DNA of 64,000 bases from Candidatus Aegiribacteria sp. (GTDB lineage Bacteria > Fermentibacterota > Fermentibacteria > Fermentibacterales > JCC-6), in contig JAIORS010000076.1 of the NCBI GenBank assembly GCA_021108005.1, positions 8,860 through 72,859 of the forward strand, read 5' to 3'. A program made the translations under genes and the position numbers. Shown here piece by piece: positions 9,451 through 19,031 of the stretch. Numbering within the stretch: the first letter of the stretch is position 1; the number at the start of each line of letters is the position of its first letter. The notes under the pieces are model-generated. The model made no database searches and was not told the origin of the DNA. It worked only from the letters and a program-made list of their open reading frames with translations.

Positions 9451-11105
9451 ACTTGAAAGGATTCTGGAATCTTCTGTCCGCAGCCTCTGGGGGAAACTGA
9501 TACCGGATGAATTTCGAGCAGTAGTATCGAGATCGGATAACCTTGAATTCGGTGACCTTTCATGTCAGACAGCAATGAAACTCGCGAGCATCGTCAGGAA
9601 TAATCCTCTATCAATCGCTGCAAAAATAGTTGAAGCCTCATCTGACGGATTTGAGGGAGTATCGGCCGTCAACGTTGATGGCCCCGGATTTATCAATTTC
9701 ACGCTTTCAGATGATTACCTTGCGTCTGTTGCTTTCCATCTGGCATTCGGAGGACTTCAGTCCCTTCTGCCGGATACAGGACACGGTAGAGAAGCTCTGG
9801 TTGAATTCGTCAGCTCAAATCCAACTGGTCCGCTTACAGTCGGCCACTGCAGGCAGGCTGTTCTAGGAGAAACCATCAGCAGCCTCCTGGAAACTGTAGG
9901 ATGGAGAGTCAGCCGAGAGTATTATTTCAACGATGCCGGAAGGCAGATGAACCTTCTTGGTGAATCACTCGCAGTCAGGTACACCTCCGCGCAAAGCGAT
10001 GAATCAGACATTCCCGAGGGGGGTTATCACGGAAACTACATTCAGGGCTTCAAGAGGAACAGGACTGACCTGGGAAAGCGACCGGGATACCTTCATCGGT
10101 TTCGCCGAAGAAAAAGCGATGGAGATGATACGATCTGATCTTTCCCTTCTTGGCATTGAATTTGACAGATATTTCGCGGAGAGCGAGCTGATACCCGGTG
10201 CTGTGACGGAAGCAATCGAAAGACTGTCCGGAGTTACAATTGACGGTAAAAGCCTTGTCTATAGCGATGAAGACGGCTCGGAGAAACTCTGGCTCAGGTT
10301 CACATCACTGCGCAGGCCGAAGGACAGGGTGATTGTCCGGGATAACGGAACGTATACTTACAGGATGCCGGATATTGCCTACCATATCGAGAAGTTCTCC
10401 AGAAATTATGATCTGATGGTGGATATCTTCGGAGCGGATCACCTGGATACCAGTCGTGACGTAACAAGCGCACTGGAATGTCTACTTGGCATGGAGGAGG
10501 TTTCAAAGCGGCTAAAAGTTATTATCCATCAGTTCGTGACACTGGTCAGGGATGGCAGAAGGATAAAAATGTCAACAAGATCAGGTGAATTTGTTACACT
10601 CAGGGAACTTATCAGAGACGCCGGCTCGGCTGATGTCACGAAGTACCTTTTCCTGACAAGGAGAGCGGAAGCCCATATGGATTTCGACCTTGATCTTGCC
10701 AGGAAACAATCCAGTGAGAATCCGGTTTATTACGTTCAGTACGCCCATGCCAGAATAGCAGGAATACTCCGCGTAGCCAGTGAAGCAGGCATCGAACCTC
10801 CGGATGAGTTCTCCGACGAACTTGCGGAACTCCTTGATGGGGAACACGAACGCGAGCTGATGCGTCTTCTTGAATCCATTCCGGTTGAGGTTGCAGCTGC
10901 CGCTGACGCGATGGAACCTCACAGGCTTACGGAGATACTTGCAGACCTGGCCACCGGGTTCCACAGATTTTACCAGCATGTAAGAGTGGTCGACAGTGAC
11001 AGTATAGATGTTTCGGCGGCCCGTCTGATGCTTTGTGAAGCATGCAGACGATGTATCAGCGGCCTGCTTTCAATACTTGGGGTGGATGCCCCGGACAGAA
11101 TGTAA
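9425..11105 (+). CDS. argS: Arginine--tRNA ligase, interrupted by an apparent +1 frameshift near 10046-10070
   Basis: The N-terminal part (frame of 9365..10138) has the HIGH-type motif SSNPTGPLTVGHCR. The C-terminal part (frame of 9957..11105) has the KMSK-like IKMSTRSG motif and the anticodon-binding DALR domain. The two frames differ by +1. Confidence 0.85.
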
Positions 11106-11138
11106 ACCCGGAAAATACCTGAACAGGATTGGTTTAAA

Positions 11139-12056
11139 ATGGCACTTCTTGTAGTTGGTTCTGTAGCGCTTGATACTGTAACAACCCCGGCGGGTAAGGT
11201 GGAGGAGGCCCTGGGGGGCTCGGCTATTTACTTCTCACTCGGAGCCGGATGCTTCGATGTGGTTCGGATAGTAGGGGTTGTTGGCCCTGATTTTCCAGTA
11301 TCCGAGAAAAGATTTCTGGCGGAGCGTAGAATAGATGTAAGGGGTTTGACCACAGGACAGGGTCCCACATTCCGCTGGGAAGGCGCTTACGGCCCTGATT
11401 TCGGAGATGCCCGAACAATAAGGACAGAACTGGGGGTATTCGCCAGTTTTGAGCCGATACTTCCGGATGATTATGTAAATACTCCATGCGTTTTCCTTGC
11501 TAATATCGATCCTGTGCTGCAGCTGCAGGTATTGGATCAGGTTCATAATCCTCGCTGGATAGCTGTTGATACAATGAACCTTTGGATAGACCAGCAGAGG
11601 GACAAAGTACTTGAAGTATTCAGTAAAGTTGATATCGTTTTTGTCAACGCTTCCGAATCGATGCAGTTGTCACGCAAAAGAACTCTTTTTGAAGCCGCTG
11701 AATTTATCATCAACTCCGGTCCCCGCTACGCCGTTATTAAAATGGGTGGAGCGGGAGCCATGATCTTTGGAGGAAGTGAACCCTTCGTTCTTCCGGCTTA
11801 TCCACTTGAAAAGGTTACCGATCCTACTGGAGCTGGAGACACCTTCGCTTCTGGAATGCTTGGATATCTCGCAGGCAGCGACAGTGACCTGAATTTCGAA
11901 AGTATGAAGAAGGGGCTGGCTTACGGATCTGTAAATGCCAGTTACGCCTGCAGCGGTTTCGGAGTTGAGCAATTGAGGGAACTGACCCGCGAAGACATCG
12001 ATTCAAGAATGGAATACTACCTCTCCACGAATCAGCTCGGAGAATTCAGAATATGA
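11139..12056 (+). CDS. PfkB-family carbohydrate/nucleoside kinase
   Basis: Ribokinase-fold signature DPTGAGDTFASG near the C-terminus, with an N-terminal GSVALD start. Confidence 0.8.
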   Translation: MALLVVGSVALDTVTTPAGKVEEALGGSAIYFSLGAGCFDVVRIVGVVGPDFPVSEKRFLAERRIDVRGLTTGQGPTFRWEGAYGPDFGDARTIRTELGVFASFEPILPDDYVNTPCVFLANIDPVLQLQVLDQVHNPRWIAVDTMNLWIDQQRDKVLEVFSKVDIVFVNASESMQLSRKRTLFEAAEFIINSGPRYAVIKMGGAGAMIFGGSEPFVLPAYPLEKVTDPTGAGDTFASGMLGYLAGSDSDLNFESMKKGLAYGSVNASYACSGFGVEQLRELTREDIDSRMEYYLSTNQLGEFRI

Positions 12057-13084
12057 AACCAGCCGATTACAAAAACAGCGGCGTTGATATCCTTGAGGGT
12101 GAAAGGGCCATCTCCCTGATGAAGGCTGAAGTAAGAAAGACATTCACGAAGAACGTCCTGTCCGACCTGGGCCATTTTGGAGGACTGTTCCGGGCGGATT
12201 TCAGCCATATGAAGGCACCAGTTCTTGTAGCAAGTACGGACGGTGTAGGCACAAAGCTCAAGGTTGCAGGCATGATGGGAAATTACGGAACCGTTGGAAT
12301 GGATCTGGTCAACCATTGTGTGAACGACATTCTCGTTCAGGGCGCGTTACCCCTGTTCTTCATGGATTACATAGCCTGCGGCAAACTTGAGGCGCGAACC
12401 GCCGCTGACATAGTATCGGGACTTGCCACCGCATGCAGTGAGAATGGCTGTGCCCTGCTTGGTGGAGAGACAGCGGAAATGCCGGGTTTCTACGGCGAAG
12501 GTGATTACGATGTGGCCGGAACCATTATAGGATTGGTCGAGAAGGACCTGATCATTGACGGTTCGGATATCCGCCCCGGCATGATCATCGTAGGCCTTCC
12601 CTCAAACGGGCTGCATACGAACGGCTATTCCCTTGCGAGAAAAGTTATCTTCGAAACCGCCGGTCTGGCTCCTTCCGATACCCATCCTCTTCTCGGAAAT
12701 AGAAGTGTCGGGGAAGCACTGCTTTCTGTTCATAAGAGTTATCTCAGGAATCTTGAGCCGCTTCTGAAGGAAAAACTAGTTAAAGGTATAGCACACATCA
12801 CTGGAGGCGGCATTCCGGGGAATCTTTCAAGAATACTGCCTGCAGGCTGCGGCGCCCTTATCGAACCACACTGGGATGTACCCGCAGTATTCGAACTCAT
12901 CCGCGAGTCAGGGAACATCGACATCGCAGAAATGAGAAAGGCGTTCAATATGGGAGCGGGCATGCTTCTTGTTGCTTTAAAGGCTGATGTGAACAGAATA
13001 ATGGAGCTTCTCAGAATTACAGGTGAGGAAGCATTTACAGCCGGCAGAATAACTTCTGATGCCGGCATCGTTTTCAAAGACTGA
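12053..13084 (+). CDS. purM: Phosphoribosylformylglycinamidine cyclo-ligase (AIR synthetase)
   Basis: YKNSGVDI..., DGVGTKLK and GGETAEMPG motifs. 343 aa. Confidence 0.95.
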   Translation: MKPADYKNSGVDILEGERAISLMKAEVRKTFTKNVLSDLGHFGGLFRADFSHMKAPVLVASTDGVGTKLKVAGMMGNYGTVGMDLVNHCVNDILVQGALPLFFMDYIACGKLEARTAADIVSGLATACSENGCALLGGETAEMPGFYGEGDYDVAGTIIGLVEKDLIIDGSDIRPGMIIVGLPSNGLHTNGYSLARKVIFETAGLAPSDTHPLLGNRSVGEALLSVHKSYLRNLEPLLKEKLVKGIAHITGGGIPGNLSRILPAGCGALIEPHWDVPAVFELIRESGNIDIAEMRKAFNMGAGMLLVALKADVNRIMELLRITGEEAFTAGRITSDAGIVFKD

Positions 13085-13205
13085 AAAACCCTCAAGCTGG
13101 AAATGCTATACGGATTTTGTATTTATAAGACAATTTCCTATAAATAATATATTTATTGTATCAATACTATATATATTGTAGTAAATTCACCCGTAAGTTG
13201 AAGAA

Positions 13206-14423
13206 GTGTGGTACGTCCCCCTTATGTTTGGAGGTCTTGTGGAAGAACTTGTTCAGAAGAACGATTCGAGAATACTTCTGGCCGTGATTGACGGGCTTGG
13301 GGATATCTCAATTGAGGAACTCGGCGGAAAGACGCCGCTTGAAGCAGCTATCACTCCTGAAATGGACAGACTTGCGGCAGGTGGAGTACTCGGTGTCCAT
13401 ATTCCTATTGCCAGGGGTATTACTCCCGGAAGCGGGCCTGCGCACCTTGGTTTGTTCGGTTACGACCCGGTTCTATATCAGGTGGGAAGAGGGGCTCTCG
13501 CGGCATTGGGAGTTGGTTTTGAACTGAAGCACGGAGATCTTGCGGCCAGAATAAATTTCTGCACACTTGATGATCAGGGAATAGTGACGGACAGGAGAGC
13601 TGGGCGGATAACAAGCGAGAAGTGCGCGGAACTTGTGGGAATGCTTGCGGATATAAAAATAGAAGATGTTGAGACGTTCGTGGTTCCGGTAAAACAGCAC
13701 AGGGCATGTGTTGTCTTTCGGGGCAACGGCCTCAGCGATGATATTCAGGATACCGACCCCGGTCTTGTTGGACTCGAGCCCATTCCTGTCGAAGGCTCCG
13801 ATAAAACCCGGAATGTGGTGAGGGAATTTCTGCGGAAGGCGGAAGAAATCCTGAAGGGGCTTCATCCGGCGAATTTCATTCTCCTCCGGGGTTTTGCCCT
13901 TCATAAGGAATTCCCCTCGATAGAGGAACGGTTCGGCCTTACCGCTGCCGCAGTGGCGCTTTATCCCATGTACAGGGGTGTCGCGGGACTGGTTGGTATG
14001 AACGTCGTCAAATGCGACCCGGAGAATCTTTCAGGACAGGCAGAAGCCGTGAGAAGAGCTCTGGATGACGGCCACGATTTTGTTTTCCTTCATCACAAAC
14101 CCGCCGACTCCGCGGGTGAGGACGGTAACGTCCAGGCAAAGATCAGGGCTATAGAAGAATTCGACAGGGCGCTGCCTTCCTTTCTTGATTCAGGATTTGA
14201 TGTGGTATGTATAACGGGAGATCACAGCACTCCCTGCCCCATGAAACTTCACAGCTGGCATTCGGTACCTGTCCTTATCCATGGAGGACCGCAAAGATGG
14301 GGGTACAGCTCGGCATTCTCCGAGAAACAGGCCGTTTACGGAGCGATGGGTTCATTCATGGCAACCGATATTATGCCCCTTCTTCTGGCATCGGCCGGGA
14401 AACTGGCTAAATTCGGAGCCTGA
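13206..14423 (+). CDS. apgM: Cofactor-independent phosphoglycerate mutase, archaeal type
   Basis: ILLAVIDGLGD near the N-terminus, TGDHSTPC and C-terminal AKFGA. The start is GTG 13206 or ATG 13224. Confidence 0.85.
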   Translation: MWYVPLMFGGLVEELVQKNDSRILLAVIDGLGDISIEELGGKTPLEAAITPEMDRLAAGGVLGVHIPIARGITPGSGPAHLGLFGYDPVLYQVGRGALAALGVGFELKHGDLAARINFCTLDDQGIVTDRRAGRITSEKCAELVGMLADIKIEDVETFVVPVKQHRACVVFRGNGLSDDIQDTDPGLVGLEPIPVEGSDKTRNVVREFLRKAEEILKGLHPANFILLRGFALHKEFPSIEERFGLTAAAVALYPMYRGVAGLVGMNVVKCDPENLSGQAEAVRRALDDGHDFVFLHHKPADSAGEDGNVQAKIRAIEEFDRALPSFLDSGFDVVCITGDHSTPCPMKLHSWHSVPVLIHGGPQRWGYSSAFSEKQAVYGAMGSFMATDIMPLLLASAGKLAKFGA

Positions 14424-14425
14424 TT

Positions 14426-15421
14426 GTGTTTAGCAGAGCCCTTATCGCGCTGTCAGGAGGGGTGGATTCATCCTATGCTCTGGCTCTGAGTATTGAACGC
14501 TACAGCCAGCTGAGGGCTGGTTACGTAGATACGGCAGGAGATGGCATTCCCCCGGAAGTTGAGAAGACAGCGAATGCTGCCGGGGTGGAGCTGATCAGTA
14601 TAGACGCGGCCGAAAGATTCCGCCGGGAAGTCGTACTCTGGTCTGAGAAGATGCTGGCCAAAGGTCTTACTCCCAATCCCTGCGCCAGATGCAACGCGAG
14701 AATCAAACTCCTTGCGCTTCATGAAATACTAAAACCTTCCGAAACACTCGTTACCGGCCATTATGTCGGCAGGAACGGCGAACTTATGAAGCGGGGCAGG
14801 GACGCGGACAAGGATCAGAGCTACTTCCTTTCACTTGTTGATAGTGAGATATTGAGAGACTGCGTATTTCCCCTTGGAGGAATGCTGAAGAAAAACGTTC
14901 GCAGGGAAGCTGTTCAGCTGAACATTCCCTTCAGGAAGAAGGAGAGTATGGATCTGTGCTTCAGCCTGACGGCTCCGGAGGGTAAACCGGGAAAAGTGAT
15001 CGATATTTCGGGAAAGCAGGTTGGCAGACACGGCGGCATAGAGAATTACACCGTTGGTCAGAGGAAGGGGCTGGGAGCTTACGGAAAAAGGATGTACGTG
15101 GTTGCTGTCAATTCACTTGACGGAACAGTTACGATAGGTAAAAGGGAGGATCTGCTTTCAACGGGATGCAGCGTTATTGAGATGAACTGGTTTCGGAAAC
15201 CATCGAGTTTTCCATCTGAAGCCCTTGTTCAGACAAGATACAGGAGGAAGGCGGTACCTGCGGTTCTTGATTGTAAAGACGGCAATCTGCATATTGAGTT
15301 CGGCAGGCCTGAGGAGGCTGTTGCTCCCGGGCAGGTTTGTGCTGTATATCTGAACACTTCGGTGATAGGAGGAGGGATAATCTCCTCAACTGAACAGCTT
15401 GATTGGAAAAGAAATGGATAA
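14426..15421 (+). CDS. mnmA: tRNA 2-thiouridine(34) synthase
   Basis: PP-loop ALSGGVDSS, NPCARCN, DQSYFL. GTG start 2 nt after the apgM stop. Confidence 0.9.
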   Translation: MFSRALIALSGGVDSSYALALSIERYSQLRAGYVDTAGDGIPPEVEKTANAAGVELISIDAAERFRREVVLWSEKMLAKGLTPNPCARCNARIKLLALHEILKPSETLVTGHYVGRNGELMKRGRDADKDQSYFLSLVDSEILRDCVFPLGGMLKKNVRREAVQLNIPFRKKESMDLCFSLTAPEGKPGKVIDISGKQVGRHGGIENYTVGQRKGLGAYGKRMYVVAVNSLDGTVTIGKREDLLSTGCSVIEMNWFRKPSSFPSEALVQTRYRRKAVPAVLDCKDGNLHIEFGRPEEAVAPGQVCAVYLNTSVIGGGIISSTEQLDWKRNG

Positions 15422-16319
15422 CCGGATTGTCAGCGAGATACTTGAACTGAAGGGTAAGAAAGATGCTGTTATTCTGGCTCACAGCTACCAGCCGCCGGAA
15501 ATCCAGGACATCGCGGATCATGTGGGAGATTCCCTCCAGCTGAGCCGGACTGCGGCATCCACGCGATCTTCCGTGATCGTTTTCTGCGGCGTTAGATTCA
15601 TGGCTGAAACAGCACATATCCTCTCGCCCGAAAAAACGGTTCTTTTGCCTGAGCCTGAGGCCGGGTGCCCCCTCGCGGACTGTATAGAAGCGCCGGCGCT
15701 GAGGTCCATGCAGGAAATGTATCCTGATGCCCTTACAGTTCTGTACGTTAACTCACCGGCCGATGTTAAAGCGGAAAGCTACGCCTGCTGTACATCCGCT
15801 AACGCCCTCGAAGTGGTTGAGAGTGCGCCTTCCGACGAAATTATCTTCGCTCCCGACAGGAACCTCGGGACTTTCGTATCGAGAAGGTCTGATAAGACCA
15901 TTCATATCTGGAACGGAGCCTGCAGATGCCATGCCACGGCTGACATACAGAATATCCGAGCCGTAATGGAAGAATGGCCTGACGCGGAACTCCTGGTTCA
16001 TCCGGAAACCCCTCCGGAAGTATGGGAACCGGCCCATGCTGTTCTGGGGACGGGGGGCATGATAAGGCATATCGCGGAATCGAGTTCACAGCGGTTCATA
16101 ATAGGAACCGAAGAGGGAATGGCGTACAGGCTCAAGACCCTTTATCCGGACAGGAAGTTCAGGACCGGAGGGAATATCTACTGCGTCAACATGAAAAAAA
16201 TTACACTGGAGAAAATACTCGATTCCCTGAAAAGATTAAAGCCTGTCATCGAACTCGACACTGAGATAAGAGAAAAGGCTTACGCGGCCGTAGCAAGAAT
16301 GACGGAGATAACCGGATGA
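15414..16319 (+). CDS. nadA: Quinolinate synthase
   Basis: ILAHSYQPPEIQDIADHVGDSLQLS and the three-domain NadA pattern. The ATG at 15414 overlaps the mnmA stop (ATGGATAA). Confidence 0.95.
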   Translation: MDNRIVSEILELKGKKDAVILAHSYQPPEIQDIADHVGDSLQLSRTAASTRSSVIVFCGVRFMAETAHILSPEKTVLLPEPEAGCPLADCIEAPALRSMQEMYPDALTVLYVNSPADVKAESYACCTSANALEVVESAPSDEIIFAPDRNLGTFVSRRSDKTIHIWNGACRCHATADIQNIRAVMEEWPDAELLVHPETPPEVWEPAHAVLGTGGMIRHIAESSSQRFIIGTEEGMAYRLKTLYPDRKFRTGGNIYCVNMKKITLEKILDSLKRLKPVIELDTEIREKAYAAVARMTEITG

Positions 16320-17029
16320 GAAAACCTGTAATCGGTATTACGCTTAACTGGTATGCTAACGATCAATCCAAGGTTCAGTCCTATGGGAAATGGCTTTTCG
16401 GGCTCAACCAGAGCTACGCTGAATTTCTGGGGAAGGCGGATGTAATCACGATGGGGATTATTCCTTCCTCTGAGGATTTTCGGAGTATGCTGGAAGTTGT
16501 AGATATGGTTGTTCTTACAGGCGGTGGTGATACTGACCCGGAGCTGTACGGTCAGCGGGACAACGGTTCAATTCAACACTGGAGGGATAGACCCCTCTGG
16601 GAAATTGGACTGTACAGGAAAGCCAGGGAAATGAAGGTACCCGTTTTAGGGATATGCCTGGGGATCCAGACGATAGCTATAGCGGAGGGTGAGCAGCTCA
16701 TCCAGGATATTTCCACCCAGATGGAAAACCCGGAAGAACACCATGGGGAAGCTGCCGATCCAAGGATGCATACGGTTGAGATCATTGAGGGTACCATACT
16801 GAGCGGAATCCTTGATAGAGAGATAGCAGTAAGCAGTTTTCATCACCAGGCCATAGCCGGAATTCCGGAAGGGTTTTACCAGTCGGCAAAATCTCATGAT
16901 GGCGTAATAGAGGGAATGGAATCGGACGATGGTCTTGTAGTCGCGGTCCAATGGCATCCCGAGCGGGATTTCACAGGTCCGCTTATTCTTAAAAGCCTGA
17001 TTCCAAGGTTTTGCGGGGATACAGAGTAA
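16316..17029 (+). CDS. Class I glutamine amidotransferase / peptidase C26 (gamma-glutamyl-GABA hydrolase family)
   Basis: Nucleophile elbow VLGICLGIQ and WHPE histidine motif. Confidence 0.85.
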   Translation: MRKPVIGITLNWYANDQSKVQSYGKWLFGLNQSYAEFLGKADVITMGIIPSSEDFRSMLEVVDMVVLTGGGDTDPELYGQRDNGSIQHWRDRPLWEIGLYRKAREMKVPVLGICLGIQTIAIAEGEQLIQDISTQMENPEEHHGEAADPRMHTVEIIEGTILSGILDREIAVSSFHHQAIAGIPEGFYQSAKSHDGVIEGMESDDGLVVAVQWHPERDFTGPLILKSLIPRFCGDTE

Positions 17030-17895
17030 TGCTGTACATCTCGGAGCCCAGGTACATACCCAGGATATGGGGTTCGCTGATGACCGCGGGGCAGGAAACA
17101 CCCATCGGGGAGATCTGGTGGCTGTTCCAGAAGGATGGCACTTCATCAAAACTCCGAAGCACATCCGATGGAGATTCGACCACAGTGAACGATCTGGTTT
17201 TAACCGGAGAATTGCCAGGTAAGGAAGTGTATCCCGTTCTTCTGAAGACCCTCCATACTGCGGACAGGCTGTCTGTGCAGGTCCATCCGGGAATCGAGGG
17301 GGGAAGCCTTCGAAAGGAAGAAACCTGGATAGTACTTGCGGCGAAAGAGAACGCCTGGATGATGGGGGGACTGAAAGTCACCGGCAGGAACCTTCTCCTC
17401 GATCTCCTGCGGCAGAATAAAGCGGAGGAAGCTCTGCAGGAGATCGATCTTGTAAAAGGAGATATTTACCATCTTCCTCCCGGAACCGTTCATGCGCTGG
17501 GGCCGGGCCTTGAGATCCTGGAGGTTCAGAGCAATTGCGACGTCACTTACAGGCTTTACGACTGGGGCAGAACCGGAGCCGATGGAAAACCCAGGGAGCT
17601 TCACATCGAAAAAGGTGTTGAGGCTGTCAACTGGTCTTCCGGAGGGAAACCAGTTGCCGCCGGTTCAAAGGGACAGGTGAACCGGCTGAAGCTGAATGCG
17701 GACTATCGGGTAACAGATATACGAGGAACAATGGAGATGAGTATGCCTGGAGGAGCGCTATTTTTCGTTTCCTCGGGCAGTGCTGATGTCAGGGATCGCA
17801 AAATCGATTCCCCTGTATGCCTTATCGCCGATACGAATGGCGGGAAACTGGAGCTTGACGGTTCAGGTTACCTGATAGAACCCGGAGGAAATTAA
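17029..17895 (+). CDS. manA: Type I phosphomannose isomerase (cupin)
   Basis: PRIWG, LSVQVHPG, KEETWIV and HALG zinc-ligand pattern. The ATG at 17029 overlaps the upstream TAA (TAATG). Confidence 0.75.
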   Translation: MLYISEPRYIPRIWGSLMTAGQETPIGEIWWLFQKDGTSSKLRSTSDGDSTTVNDLVLTGELPGKEVYPVLLKTLHTADRLSVQVHPGIEGGSLRKEETWIVLAAKENAWMMGGLKVTGRNLLLDLLRQNKAEEALQEIDLVKGDIYHLPPGTVHALGPGLEILEVQSNCDVTYRLYDWGRTGADGKPRELHIEKGVEAVNWSSGGKPVAAGSKGQVNRLKLNADYRVTDIRGTMEMSMPGGALFFVSSGSADVRDRKIDSPVCLIADTNGGKLELDGSGYLIEPGGN

Positions 17896-18924
17896 ATGGA
17901 ATCATCGTTTTTCGCGGTAATCATGGCGGGGGGAAGGGGAACCCGCTTCTGGCCGGTTTCAACCGGAAGAATGCCCAAGCAGTTTCTGCGGCTTACGGGC
18001 AGCATGACGATGCTGCAGGAAACAGCCGTCAGATTCGAGGGGCTCTGCGGACATGGGGATATTATGGTAGTTACAGGTAGTGATTCTCGTTCAACGGTTA
18101 TCGATCAGCTTCCATGGATCAGTGAGAACAACCTGCTGCTTGAACCCTCCGGCAGGAATACAGCCGCATGCATAGGCTGGGCGGCAAAGACCCTCATTGA
18201 AAGGGGCCGCGGTTCGGATCTTATGGTGGTTGTCCCCTCGGATCATGTCATCGATAACCCGGATGGATTCAGGAATACACTTTTGAAAGCGGCCATTCCC
18301 GCTGCGGACGGGAAACTTGTAACTATCGGAGTAACACCGGACCGTCCCGCAACCGGATACGGCTACCTTGAGAAGGGAAAATGTCACAGTGAAGGAATTT
18401 ACGATGTTTCATCCTTCAGAGAAAAACCGAATCTGGAAGAAGCTGAAGAATACCTTGAAAACGGAGACTATTTCTGGAATGCCGGCATGTTCATCTGGAG
18501 GGCAGACGTGATCATGAAGGAAATTGCCAGATACCTTCCGGAGCTTTCGGAAGGGTTGCGGAAACTCGGTACTGGAACCTGTCCGGATCAGGTTAGGTAC
18601 GATTCTCTTCAGTCTGTTTCCATAGATTTCGGAGTAATGGAAAAAGCTGATAACGTTGTATCGGTTCCCGCGCAGTTCGGATGGAACGACATCGGAGACT
18701 GGCCATCCGCAAGAAGATGCGGTGTGGGCAGGGGGGAGGTTCTCGCGATGGACAGTGTGAACACAACCGTCTGGAACGACGGGAAGCTTACCGTTCTTCT
18801 GGGCGTTAGCGATGTATCCGTCGTGGAGACCGATTCCGTAACCCTTATCATGAGTGATGAATATTCTCAGAAACTAAGAGAAGTCGTTGCAGATCTGGAA
18901 GATACAAAGCCAGATCTTGTATAG
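17896..18924 (+). CDS. manC: Mannose-1-phosphate guanylyltransferase
   Basis: VIMAGGRGTRFWPVS and GYGYLE motifs. It starts immediately after manA. Confidence 0.85.
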   Translation: MESSFFAVIMAGGRGTRFWPVSTGRMPKQFLRLTGSMTMLQETAVRFEGLCGHGDIMVVTGSDSRSTVIDQLPWISENNLLLEPSGRNTAACIGWAAKTLIERGRGSDLMVVVPSDHVIDNPDGFRNTLLKAAIPAADGKLVTIGVTPDRPATGYGYLEKGKCHSEGIYDVSSFREKPNLEEAEEYLENGDYFWNAGMFIWRADVIMKEIARYLPELSEGLRKLGTGTCPDQVRYDSLQSVSIDFGVMEKADNVVSVPAQFGWNDIGDWPSARRCGVGRGEVLAMDSVNTTVWNDGKLTVLLGVSDVSVVETDSVTLIMSDEYSQKLREVVADLEDTKPDLV

Positions 18925-18947
18925 AACGCTGCGCATGAATTCAGTTG

Positions 18948-18976
18948 TTTGACAAGACCGATCTTTATGAATATAT
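18948..18976 (+). promoter_or_regulatory. Sigma-70-like promoter candidate for the 19032 gene
   Basis: TTGACA (18948-18953), a 17-nt spacer, then TATATC (18971-18976). AAGGAGGAG RBS sits before the ATG at 19032. Confidence 0.35.
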
Positions 18977-19031
18977 CTATTTTGTGTATTTGATATCGAA
19001 CATTAACACTACAGCTCAATAAGGAGGAGAG

